Positions 14,330 to 25,430 are shown, counted from the whole stretch's first letter. The stretch: 63,923 nt of DNA, filler included, from Squatina squatina (GCA_031763465.1; 3 parts of 3 records of this genome joined end to end with filler, not necessarily neighbours in it), one strand, 5' to 3'. A program made the numbers and translations. Notes: generated from the letters alone by a model not told the origin.

Positions 14330-15089
14330 ATATAAATATTATATTCAAGAATATTATATTCTTGTTTAGTTTGCCCAAAACAGCGTTGCAGCACCAGAGG
14401 TGTTAGAATCCATTCATTATTGGCATGAAAAACATTGCCGCAGGATTGCCTTTTGTCATTAGTTCAACGTATTTGTTCTGACATTTTCAATGCATAGCAC
14501 TTTCTTGTAACTGACATACTGGCGTATATCTTCTATTTGCTAATATTCGTGAAAAGGTCAGCTTGAGTATAAATTAGGGGAATCCATTTTGAACTCATTG
14601 TGAATAACAGGGGAAAATATGCCCCGTCGTATTTCGTTGGCAACGCGGATTAAAAGTTGCTGAGACAGTCAAATTTCCACCACAGCCACTAGAGGTCTCT
14701 AAAATGTTGTTCTTCACCTGGTTGATGCTCCAAGCTGTGTATCTGTGGGCTTTTTGTCACACTCTGCAATCACCTTTGTTCTTTCAGTGAGGTTTTTTGA
14801 GGCTGGTTGGGTGCCAATGAGATTTTGGAATTCAATCCGAACCCAGTCTTATGGAAGGGTGATTAACCAACTCTGGGCTTTCTCATTGCATGCATGCTTG
14901 TATTAGTAGTTTTATCTGCTAATTTAGGGCTTCATATTAGTACTTAATTGCAAATAAAGATATTGAGGATAACTTTAACAAATTCACAGTCCTAGTGCAG
15001 GACTTCACCTGTCAGAAACATGTAACAGGAATTTGGGTCTGGTGATTAGTGGGTCTTACAGGGTTTCCCATTTATTCCATATTATATAA

Positions 15090-15252
15090 ACAAAAAACAC
15101 TGGAAAAACTCAGCAGGTCAGGCAGCATCTGTGGAGAAAAAAAGAGTCAACGTTTCAGGTCGATGACCCTTCGTCAGAACTGAAAAAAGTCAGAAATGCA
15201 GGATGTTTTCAAGCACCTGCAGTGGCAGGGAAAGGGGGAGTGTGAGGAAAGA
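15090..15252 (-). mobile_element. PLE-derived terminal repeat (pseudo-LTR), copy A
   Basis: ctcagcaggtcaggcagcatctgtggag...gtttcaggtcgatgacccttcgtcagaact; homologous copies at 15353, 54355 and 59508. Confidence 0.7.
15145..15181 (-). ncRNA. Minimal type I hammerhead ribozyme motif
   Basis: Minus strand reads AGUU-CUGACGA-A-GGGUC-AUC-GACCU-GAAA-CG-UU-GACU. It has both catalytic boxes, a 5-bp helix II, a palindromic ACGU in place of helix III and a 4-bp helix I (AGUU/GACU). Confidence 0.65.
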
Positions 15253-15352
15253 NNNNNNNNNNNNNNNNNNNNNNNNNNNNNNNNNNNNNNNNNNNNNNNN
15301 NNNNNNNNNNNNNNNNNNNNNNNNNNNNNNNNNNNNNNNNNNNNNNNNNNNN

Positions 15353-15492
15353 AGTACTCAGCAGGTCAGTCAATACCTGTGGAGAGAACAGATAAGTTAA
15401 AAGTTTCAGGTACAGACTTTTCATCAGAATTGGAAGAAATTACAGATGAGCAGCATTTCAAATGCAACAGAACAAAGGGAAATAGGAACAGA
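15353..15492 (-). mobile_element. PLE-derived terminal repeat, copy B (degenerate hammerhead at 15395-15431)
   Basis: Diverged homologue of copy A; minus strand CUGAUGA-AAAGUC-UGU-ACCU-GAAAC. Confidence 0.6.
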
Positions 15493-15493
15493 A

Positions 15494-15525
<32 letters not shown>
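15494..15525. repeat. (AC)n microsatellite
   Basis: acacacacacacacacacacacacac tcacac, directly visible. Confidence 0.95.
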
Positions 15526-15526
<1 letters not shown>

Positions 15527-17611
15527 CTAAAGGGAGAAAGTAAAGATATATTTATGAGATCCAGAGAACATGTAAATAGCTCAGGCGCTGAGGGTGAGGC
15601 AAATTTCTTTGAAAAATTTCTTGTGTGTGGTTGTTTTACAAGAAAGAAAAAACTCTGAAAATTAAAGGGGTGCTGAAAGTAAAACCAAACCAAGACACTT
15701 GTAACGAAATGTCTGAATTGATTAAACGAGTTAAATTGAAGGAAACTGGCCAATCATATTCAGATAGCCACATGGCCACTAGATGGCTCAAGTGATTGTA
15801 AAACAATATTAGAACTGCTGCTATACAGTTTTCTACTTAAGTGCAAAGTTCGGAAGAATGTATAATCAAAGCAAAGCACAGGACTCCCGTATAAGTAGCT
15901 TTGCGTTAGTCTTTTATACCTATATTACATGCACTGAAAGGAAAATTCAATTAGTAATTGTCATTGGAGATCTTTTACAATTAGTATATAAAATCATTTT
16001 AACTAATTGTACACAATATGAATGGCATTATGTTCTGCTGGTGTGGAACTATTGACAATTTGGAAATTGTAAGCAGCGAATGGCTTTTAAGTGACTTGGC
16101 TGTCAGATTGTATTTGTGAATTTGGCTGTTTCTGTCAATTACAATCAATGTTTGTACATGTACCCACTATGGACACACAAATATCTTTTTAAAGAAAGAC
16201 ATCTGAAGATTAAAAGAATAAGTGACCATGACTGACATTTTCTCATGTTTTCTTAATTAACAAAACTCATTTTGCAATTATCCCTTTAACTCACCACAGA
16301 TCTTCAATGATCCAACATCGGTCTGATTTGTTTGTCAGTCATGACTGACAATTAAATTTAGTGTGACAGCCAGTTCAAGCAACTTTACTGATGCATAAGA
16401 AGAAAGGGGCCATAATTCTGAGTGGGCTTTCTGATCTCCCAGTAAAAGAATTGGTCCTCATCATTGCTTTAAACAGGCGCTTTGTGTCTGATGGCATTTT
16501 TGTTCTTAGCAGAGGCTTTGTGGCCCAGAACGTCGGAGATGTGTTCCTGAAGTTAAAAGTTTACAGACTTTTCCGGTTGCTGTGATTCCTGAATTGTCTT
16601 CAGCGAGAAGTCTGTATGGGAAAAATGCAATTTCTTGTGTAGCCTATGACCTTCTCTGGCCTCACAGAATAAACTTTCTGTGTNNNNNNNNNNNNNNNNN
16701 NNNNNNNNNNNNNNNNNNNNNNNNNNNNNNNNNNNNNNNNNNNNNNNNNNNNNNNNNNNNNNNNNNNNNNNNNNNNNNNNNNNCTTTCTGTGTGACCACT
16801 TGGTTTCCAACAGCCTTGGCCCCCATTGAAGTGCTTTGACCTATGAAATTAATCTAACACAAACAGTATGTTTTTCTTGTCTTCAGTTCTTTTATTCCTT
16901 TCAGTGGGTAGAGTGCAGTACTTCTTGTACCAGACAGGAATATGTTAACTGAAATAAGAAATGCTATGGAGTGTAAACTTCACCACTATTAAAACATCAC
17001 ATTAGGTTTTTCATTTGATGTTTTTTTTAAACAGATATTTTCAACAGATTTTTTTTTGAAGAATACAAGTTTGTGGTGGTGTTGTTTTAGAAAGTGGTAT
17101 AAATTCTAGAAAATAATTCATATTGAATAATTTTTGTTTTTGAATGCCATCCCTTCTGAGGTTTAAATTTTTTAAAATAAAATCTATCAATTGTTTTTCT
17201 TTTCCAATTTGCATTTGATTTCCATGTCTTATGTCGGACTGTGGGATGCCAGCATGATGCACAGAGCTGGAATATAAGCTGCAAATGCTCACACATAATG
17301 CGGAACATTNNNNNNNNNNNNNNNNNNNNNNNNNNNNNNNNNNNNNNNNNNNNNNNNNNNNNNNNNNNNNNNNNNNNNNNNNNNNNNNNNNNNNNNNNNN
17401 NNNNNNNNNTCATATTTGTACAATTTAATTAGGAGCTTCAACCCACTTATAGTTCATAGTCTTTCATATTCTTCCTTCAAAAGTTCATGAATTTATACTA
17501 AATGGTGAATTTTGCAGTGGAGTCTCATAGCAAAAGCTCTTATTTCTGTACAACTTCAAAGTGTGAAATAGTTAGTCTCAAGCAACTGCTTAAGAGAAAT
17601 GTTACATAACT

Positions 17612-17617
17612 TTTATT
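17612..17617 (-). promoter_or_regulatory. Candidate OTUD1 polyadenylation signal (AATAAA)
   Basis: TTTATT on the plus strand about 1.3 kb downstream of the OTUD1 stop, at the end of an AU-rich, repeat-free, UTR-like stretch that is interrupted by one gap. Confidence 0.4.
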
Positions 17618-18931
17618 CACTCCATGTTGATTAATATTTTTACAATCAATACAAATACAGTAATTGCAAACTGGTTACAAGTTTGACCCTGCAAACCACT
17701 TTAGGAAGTTAAAACTTCAATACATCTTGGACAGCGTATAAAAGTCAGCATCAGGCAGGTAACATACAGTAATAAAATTAGTAACTGTAGCTAAACTTTA
17801 AAGATCTGAAACCTCTATTCTATCCAATTATAAAATCAAGGTGGCAACCAGCCACCTGCCAGAATACCAAATACGAGTACGTAACGAAGGAGGTATTACA
17901 GTTACAAACCAGCAATTGCACAAAAATGCAATATAAAGTCTTTCTAAAAAGTGTTCTTCAAATAAAATAAGCAAAAGTATAAGAGCATGCAGTAAAAGTG
18001 GTACTCAGCCTTTATCCGGTTCGAAGCCAAAAGTAGAATCAGAAAGAGAGATACTGAAAATTTGAAAGTGTTTATCCATGAGAAAATAAAGAAAAATAAA
18101 ATATATCCTAGGCAGAATGCCTGCTCTACTGTTCATTTTGATAGCCGATTGAGAAATTGTCTAGGTTAATTCCCACACTGAAATTTGGCATAAAGATTAG
18201 CTGGTGCGATATTGTCCCCCCATGTCTGATCTCTTGCATTTAGCTCATGCAGTACCACACTGTAAATTAGGCACTTCTGAAGAAGCATCCAGCATTGCAA
18301 TCTGTCAAGCATTCACATATCTTATTTGTGCTAGCTGCTCTGCTGTCCTGGCCTCTTTCAGGGATAGGGAACTAATTAGTGCAGCTAAAGGACTCAGTAA
18401 TCTGAGCCATAGCTGACCTGTACATTCAGTGGCTATGTCAGCTCTACATTGCAAGTGTTCCAGCAGCATATTGTATCTGGNNNNNNNNNNNNNNNNNNNN
18501 NNNNNNNNNNNNNNNNNNNNNNNNNNNNNNNNNNNNNNNNNNNNNNNNNNNNNNNNNNNNNNNNNNNNNNNNNNNNNNNNCAGTACGTTCCCAGTCAAGC
18601 CTCTGGGCTCTTACCTCCATTGAAACCCGATTAAAATTCAGGTGCCCCACAACCTTCATTAGTTTGAGCTCAAGCATTTGGTAAAACATCCAGGAAGTCA
18701 CACATTGAATTAAGGCGTTACTTATACAGTTGATTTTACGATCCATTTTAAAGTGCCGTTAGCCTGATCAGAATGTGTAAGCATATAAATATAAATAAAA
18801 ACCATATTAACATTCTTTACATTTCTACTTCACGCTGCTCGTCTTGCTCAGTTCAGTTTCATCAGCTTATGCAGGGAACCTCAAGTCCTGACATGAACCT
18901 TTCATCAAACATTGTAGTGTGGAAAAATGGC

Positions 18932-20101
18932 TTAAAAGCAGCCATTTTGCTCGATGTACATTTTTGAAAGAGAAGCTGCCATGGATTTAGCCAGTTCCTC
19001 GTCTCGTTTCCTTTGAACGTGTGTCTGTGTGCACCAGGTTTCATACTCTGGGTTGGGTAGCGACTCATCAAACACAGCGTCGTAGTGTCCATTGCTCAGC
19101 CAACTCAGCCATATGCTGGATGTTGATTGATCTTCTGGGCCAAGGCAATGCACCATGGTGGAAACAGTTGGGCTTTCCATGCTACCTCCTGTGGTCAAGT
19201 ATATGTTAACGTTCAGCATCTGACTCATAGCCAGTAGCTCTGGGTAGCCAGCCCAAGCCCCATCCTGAGCAGCGTTGATCAAAAATTCCCCAATGTCCCC
19301 TTCGATGATGGGGTTAAACTCGTCCAGGTGATCTGCAATGTGGTGGACCGTTTCCTCCCTCAGTTCCTTGTGCATGGTCTGATCGCCGTACACGGCTTTA
19401 CTCACGGCCCTGTACAGACAGTTGCCGTCCGGAATAATGTGAAACCTGTATTTCTGCCTCTCCCTCAGGTAACTATTCTGCTTTTCCACCTCTGCCAGGT
19501 AACGCGCAATCTTGTCGTTTTTCTCCGACCTGTTCTCCACAACAAGGTCCACGGTCCTGTAGCTATCCTCCAATTTCCATGTGTTGCTGGTCCTGAGCTC
19601 GGCCGCCTCGGGGGCTCCCTGCCCCGACCCACCGCAGCTCTGCTGCCCTCGGCCGCCGCTCTCACCCTCCGACAGCGGAGAGAGTGTTTCCGAGGGCAGA
19701 ACGGGCTCGAAGCCCGAGGCCGGATTGCGGCGGCGCCCCGTCAGTCCGGGCTGCGCCTCCTCGGCGCCCAGTTTCCCGTCCTGGATCCTCTCTTGCGCCT
19801 CGCCCGGAGCTTCTCTGCGGGATCTTCCTTCCGTCAGCATGTCCTCCAGCCAGGCCTGGGCCGAGCGGTCGGCCGCCTGCGTTCTCTCGCCCAGGATCTG
19901 GATGGGCACCATCCTCTCCAGCGGCCGCAGGGGGATCCTGGCGGTGGAGGTGTAGAGGTGCACGGGCGCGGCCTGGGCCGGCGGGAGCAGCTCGCAGGAC
20001 GAGAAGGCGGGCATGGCGGCGGCGGAAGACGACGAAGAAGAACAGGAGCAGGCGGGCTCGCTCTTTACCCCGACACTCGGGCCCTCGCCGGGCGCTTTCT
20101 C
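18932..20101 (-). CDS. OTUD1: OTU deubiquitinase 1, intronless, 5'-partial (frame stays open up to the gap at 20103)
   Basis: OTU Cys box IIPDGNCLYRAVS, DGAWAGYPELLAM, His box WLSNGHYDAV, C-terminal UIM RDEELAKSMAASLSKMY, and N-terminal MPAFSSC / HLYTSTA blocks characteristic of OTUD1. There are 29 further stop-free codons upstream of the ATG at 20014. Confidence 0.96.
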   Translation of the reverse strand, partial: EKAPGEGPSVGVKSEPACSCSSSSSSAAAMPAFSSCELLPPAQAAPVHLYTSTARIPLRPLERMVPIQILGERTQAADRSAQAWLEDMLTEGRSRREAPGEAQERIQDGKLGAEEAQPGLTGRRRNPASGFEPVLPSETLSPLSEGESGGRGQQSCGGSGQGAPEAAELRTSNTWKLEDSYRTVDLVVENRSEKNDKIARYLAEVEKQNSYLRERQKYRFHIIPDGNCLYRAVSKAVYGDQTMHKELREETVHHIADHLDEFNPIIEGDIGEFLINAAQDGAWAGYPELLAMSQMLNVNIYLTTGGSMESPTVSTMVHCLGPEDQSTSSIWLSWLSNGHYDAVFDESLPNPEYETWCTQTHVQRKRDEELAKSMAASLSKMYIEQNGCF

Positions 20102-20102
20102 T
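19590..20102. promoter_or_regulatory. CpG island over the 5' part of OTUD1
   Basis: Sharp switch to very GC- and CpG-rich sequence within an otherwise AT-rich, CpG-depleted window. Confidence 0.8.
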
Positions 20103-20237
20103 NNNNNNNNNNNNNNNNNNNNNNNNNNNNNNNNNNNNNNNNNNNNNNNNNNNNNNNNNNNNNNNNNNNNNNNNNNNNNNNNNNNNNNNNNNNNNNNNNN
20201 NNCCTGCCTTTGTTGTATTTTTGTCCCTCTACCACAG

Positions 20238-20402
20238 GATAGCTACAGCTCTCAGCCCCAGGGTATTTCTCAGCCCCCTACCCCAGGCAACCTGCCAATC
20301 CCTTCCCCCATGTCCCCAAGCTCTACTAGCATCTCCTCATTGCATGGAGATGAAAGTGATAGCATTAGCAGCCCAGGCTGGCCAAAGACTCCGTCAAGCC
20401 CC
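20238..20402 (+). CDS. ARID1B: Single internal exon of ARID1B (165 nt, 55 codons, phase 0-0)
   Basis: Translation [55 protein letters not shown] is nearly identical to the ARID1B segment just before the ARID domain, as I recall it. Acceptor ccctctaccacag| and donor |gtaagt are both canonical. Confidence 0.88.
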
Positions 20403-21883
20403 GTAAGTGGCTCTGTTTTATTAACCTGTATGTTTTGTAATATTTGTGTGCTGTGTTGAAGAATCATTTAAGACAAAAAAAATGTATTTGAAATCCCCTC
20501 AACCTTCTAATTGTGATAACAGCTGAATAGCGATTAACTTTCATGATGAGTAATGCTGTATAAAAATCCTTCGAAGGAGAGAATGGCAGCCAGTCATGAC
20601 ATTAACCGTGGACCACCACACCTTTAGAAATGTTCTCGAGGTGTACAGATTGGAGGCCAAGAGTAATGTTTTTTGAATACTCGTAAAATTGTAAATGTTC
20701 AACTGACCTAAAAAAAAATTTTAAACTTGAAACTCATATTTGTTTTGTATAATCATTTATAGTTTATCTTAAATCAATGAAACAAATGAAAATAGGAAAT
20801 GAAAGTGGATATTTTCTCACACTTTCATCACCATTCCTTCTTGTTCTGGACCATTGCAGGTAAAACTGGGTCTACAAATTTAGTCTTCCAGATTTAACAA
20901 CATAAATGCTAGAAGCCACCTCAGACACCCTTATAAAACTAAACAATAAGCGTACCAATGTTTGTACTAACTGATCAGGCTTAAAAGGCAGATATCAAAA
21001 AATCCCAAGAGTTCCAGGTTCGTGCATGTAAACTTTGCTTTTTAAAACTATGCATTTTCTTCACTTTTTTCCAATGGTTAATTGGAACAGTGCCAGTAAG
21101 GCACTAATTTCACTTCCTCAATCCATAGCGTCTGTGGCCTTCTGTCGCTCGGTCTACTATCATACTGTTGGGTCCTTTTTTTGTAAATATGATTGATATG
21201 CAAAATATACAATTAATAGCTTACTCATCTTCCCTCCTGTGACTAGTTCCTTGTCATTGTGTTATAGCTTTAAAACTATTAACCAGAGGTCAGTTGCTTT
21301 CTAAGCAACAAGAGTGGAAACAGACTTAAAACAGCATGTGGTTGTCACACAAAAAGCAACTGTATCTGCTTTGCCATCTTGTGGCCAGTTGACAAATGCA
21401 TTTCTCATGGACTTCGACCCCCCGGTGATGCCTCTTTGTAGTCTTGCATCAGTCTCTGGTAGCTATCTAATGATAAGCTTTAACTTCAGTTCACTGAACT
21501 TTTTAAAAGCTGTTAGTAATTTCTATAGTCAAACACTAATGCTATAATAACCCTTAATTAAAAATAGATACATGTATTTTCAAAATTCACATGATATAAT
21601 GCTTGTGGGGTTTATTGTTCATGTGTAAATGCTTATTGATTTTTAACATTTTCTGTTTTAAGCTTTGAAGGTTACACTGGAATCCAAAGAGCATTAGTAC
21701 TGTTTCAAAGTTATTGTTCATCAAAGAAGGTCATGAATGGTTTCCTAACTACTTTTTTTAATCAAATGTAGGTTTAAATTGAANNNNNNNNNNNNNNNNN
21801 NNNNNNNNNNNNNNNNNNNNNNNNNNNNNNNNNNNNNNNNNNNNNNNNNNNNNNNNNNNNNNNNNNNNNNNNNNNNNNNNNNN

Positions 21884-21930
21884 AACACTTTGAGACATCC
21901 TCAGGTAATGAAAGGCTTGTATAAATGTGA
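21884..21930 (+). mobile_element. Deu-SINE/L2-type 3' tail remnant
   Basis: cactttgagacatcctcaggtaatgaaaggcttgtataaatg; similar tails at about 22873-22923 and 51370-51420. Confidence 0.55.
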
Positions 21931-23771
21931 GTTCTTCCTTTGACTGACGCAGTGTGGGTTCTGTACAAAGGAACTGTATTGTTTTAGAGTTAGATCCATG
22001 TAGCACTGATGTAAGAAATTATTAGTGTTGTTTTACATGCATCTGGGGAGTTTACAAGGAATTTTAGGAAATGTTATTTAATGAGACCCTTCTGAAAAAC
22101 CGCAAGAAAATAGTCAGTAAATGGGCAGAATAGCACAAGGGGCAGGATAGTTTCACATTTCATCAAGTAGTCCGTCTTATCTGGAAATGTGGCCTAACAC
22201 GTACATTTTATTAATGTTAAAAGCTGCTTGCCTATCCTCTGCCACGTACTCAACCTTTCCACACCACTTTTTGTAATGCTAAGTATGCCTAGATAATTGG
22301 CCTCCCCACACTATTCTGTATGATTTGCGAGTGTAGACATTCTACACATCACTTTGTCACCCAGATCACTAATGAAGAGCAGGCAAATCAGGAGGGATCC
22401 CGAAGGTACTTATTTCTAGTCTCCAACGTGAACACTATTCATTTTTAACAACCCTTTGCCTTCCATTTTCAAACCTCTTTCCTATTCAGATTCCCACTTC
22501 ACTGTCCTTTCACAAGGGCTCATTGCTTCTTTAACAAGGTGTCTGTGTAGAATCCCATCAAATGCACGGAAATCAAATTAAATGCATGCTCCCTGGTGCA
22601 CTGTTTCTAATGCAGCTGTGGTAACTCCTTTTTATCATGTTCCATTGAGTTGTGTGTCCCTGGACTACATCCCTTGGTGTTGTCCAAAACACTTTCATCT
22701 CAGATTAAGTGTTTTCAATGTTTCTACTTCTTTTACTTCATGTTACTAACCCACTGGTATCTTCATCTCCAAGATTTGTGCCAACACTCTCCAATTTTTT
22801 TTCCCCTTAAGTTCCTGAGATATATATTTTTAAGTCAAAATGCTTTACTCCCTTTTCATTTTTCTTAATATGAAGCACTTTGAGAGGTTTTTTTTTGTTA
22901 AAAGTACTGTATAAATGCAAGTACTTTTCCTAACAGTCAAGTGCAGTTATTTTGGGGAAAGCATCAGAGTAAATAGCCAGAGAGGAATAGGGATGTTACA
23001 TATTAATGTATTGCAATCTTCTTTTCAAACATTGCTTTAAGTAAAATCAATGAAGGAAAATCAATCTGAAGGCTATGAAGCCTATGATAACTAATGACTG
23101 CAGCTTGTCTGTGTTAAATTATTTTTGCAATTGAGTTACAAGAGGGACCTCTAGTGTGCAATAAGAGATTACCATCAGCCACTTGAGTAACCCTGGAGCC
23201 AATATTGTGTACTGTTACCCCTCAAAAGCAGTGATTGTAGATAGTTTTTGTAATCCCTGAGTAGAGGTATTTACACTTCATTACTCATCTCAATAAACTG
23301 TTATTACAGATCTTTTAATTATGTTCAAATTAGGTGTAATTGAATGTTAGCAGCCTTTGCTCAGAAACTGTAATTTAGTCAGAGTGAAATAGTTCTCACT
23401 TGTCCAAGCCCGTTTCCCTCTCTTATTGCCTCGGTGTGGTATATAGCAAGTTCCTTGATTTTATTTTGAGGCTCAGGACTGCTGCTGGGGGCAGATGGCA
23501 AAGAACACCAGCACAAAACCTGCCACTCAAAGTGTGACAGATGACTGTAGCTACAGAAAACCGTCCCTTTGTTTGTCTTGCTAATGAGTGTCCTCATTGC
23601 GGCAGGAGACTTGAATAGTAAATTATCTGCAATTCTTAACTGCAACAGGTGGTGGAGATAGAGGTCAGGGTNNNNNNNNNNNNNNNNNNNNNNNNNNNNN
23701 NNNNNNNNNNNNNNNNNNNNNNNNNNNNNNNNNNNNNNNNNNNNNNNNNNNNNNNNNNNNNNNNNNNNNNN

Positions 23772-23900
23772 AGTGGATACAGAGAGAATGTTTCCACTTG
23801 TGGGGAAGAGCATAACTAGAGGCCATCAATATAAGATAGTCACCAAGATATCCAATAGGGAATTCAGAAGAAACTTCTTTGCACAAAGAGTGGTGAGAAT
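23772..23900 (+). mobile_element. CR1 LINE ORF2 C-terminal fragment
   Basis: Encodes VDTERMFPLVGKSITRGHQYKIVTKISNREFRRNFFAQRVVR, the typical CR1 terminus. Confidence 0.85.
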
Positions 23901-24099
23901 AAATTACACAAACAAGGACTGGATTAGATGCTGGAGGTAGATCTTTACGCAGGAAGTTGTCAATCTCTTGAATAAGTTGCCGGCACGCGCAGTGAGTGCG
24001 GATTCGCTGCAAACATCAGGAGAGATCTGGATGAGTTCCTAAGAGTGGCCAATATTTCCACAGGTAGAAGAGAGGTGAGTCTCCAGGGCTTGTCACCAG

Positions 24100-24300
24100 T
24101 CACTGGGGTCTCCAGGATCGTGCTTGATCGCTTCCAGGGATCGGAGGGAATTTCCCAGGATTGTTTCCATAATTTGGCCTAAGGTTTTTTCTGCCTGTCC
24201 CAGGAGGTTGTATAGCTGTGCATGTGCAGGATGGCAGATGCTATGCCAGGATCGGATGGGCTCGCTGGACCAGCTGGTATTTTCCTGTTTGTATGATTTA
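24100..24300 (+). mobile_element. Dispersed repeat, probable long 3' UTR of a CR1-like LINE subfamily
   Basis: Shares ggagggaattt, tttttgcctntcccaggaggttg and ggaccagctggt..ttcctg blocks with 50477-50740. Confidence 0.5.
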
Positions 24301-25330
24301 ATCTCAGTACGGGAATACCCACTCTCATAAACCACACAAAGTATATGTGAATGTAATTAAATCGTACAATAGCTTCAATATGTGTGCCAATGTTGACCTG
24401 CGTAATAGTTTCACAAAAATGTAAATGTCGTTTCCTCAGAATCCAATTTGAAAAAAATCAGGAGAAAAATGTGCAAATTGAGTTCCGATTTGACCTGAAG
24501 AATCAGTTTAAGTTCAACACCAAACTCCCAGCACAGCACCACCAAGCCCAAATTGGGCACAGCTTGGCCAGCTCCAGCTGGTCCTCAAGTTGGTGGTCCA
24601 ATGCCTGGCTCGAACTCTGTCAGCCTCTGTTTAACAGTGAGATCGCTCATCGCAAAGAAAGGTTTGGGAAACACTTTGCCAGGAAGACACTGCCTCTTTA
24701 AAAAATTACTCAGATCAAGAGTTTACTCATAAAAAACTGCTTTAATAAAAATTTTCCTAAAAATTTACACTACTGAAGATTAAAAATGATCTTTCTGTAA
24801 ATTGAAGAGAAGTGTTCAATAGCATCAACCCGCCTGCACAGCCTATGCGTGACAGGCATGCAAAGCCATGTTAATGTTCAGAATATGAATTATCTCCGGG
24901 TGGCTCCATCACAAAGTAGAAAACCAACTGTGTATATATCAGCAGACCTGATGGACTCCATGTGGCTTCAAGCCTGAAAACTTCACTACTTTGACATGTG
25001 ACGTGCTCTTTATGACTGTGGCAGTACTGTCAGTGAGGAATGGCAACAATGGCAACAAGCCCCCTCCTTAGCTCTGTGCTCTGCCACCCCTGGTGTTGTC
25101 CGGCTACACACTCCCCTGCCTGCCTAGTTACGGACAGCAGTCCTTGAGCACACGGGGGGATGTGGGTGGATGGGCCACAGCTGCCTGCCTGGACACAGCT
25201 TCCACAATACATGGACCTGAATGATGAGGGCACACAAACAGTATGATATGTATTATTCTCATCAATAAAATGTCCCCATGAATTATTGTCTTTGTATGTA
25301 ATGTACTAGCGGCTTTTTACCAAGATTCGG

Positions 25331-25430
25331 NNNNNNNNNNNNNNNNNNNNNNNNNNNNNNNNNNNNNNNNNNNNTTAATTAATTAANNNNNNNNNNNNNN
25401 NNNNNNNNNNNNNNNNNNNNNNNNNNNNNN
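25331..25430. other. Artificial scaffold spacer 44N-TTAATTAATTAA-44N
   Basis: A self-complementary 12-mer with stops in all six frames, centred exactly in a 100-base gap; identical copy at 49750-49849. Confidence 0.95.

Noticed and set aside
14346-14364. Palindrome CAAGAATAT-t-ATATTCTTG
   Set aside because: Short and AT-rich, next to a TE junction; no evidence of function.
19328-20459. Long plus-strand ORFs antisense to OTUD1, including an apparent OTUD1-antisense/ARID1B fusion ORF
   Set aside because: Stop-poor GC-rich shadow frames that cross a gap between probably unrelated contigs.
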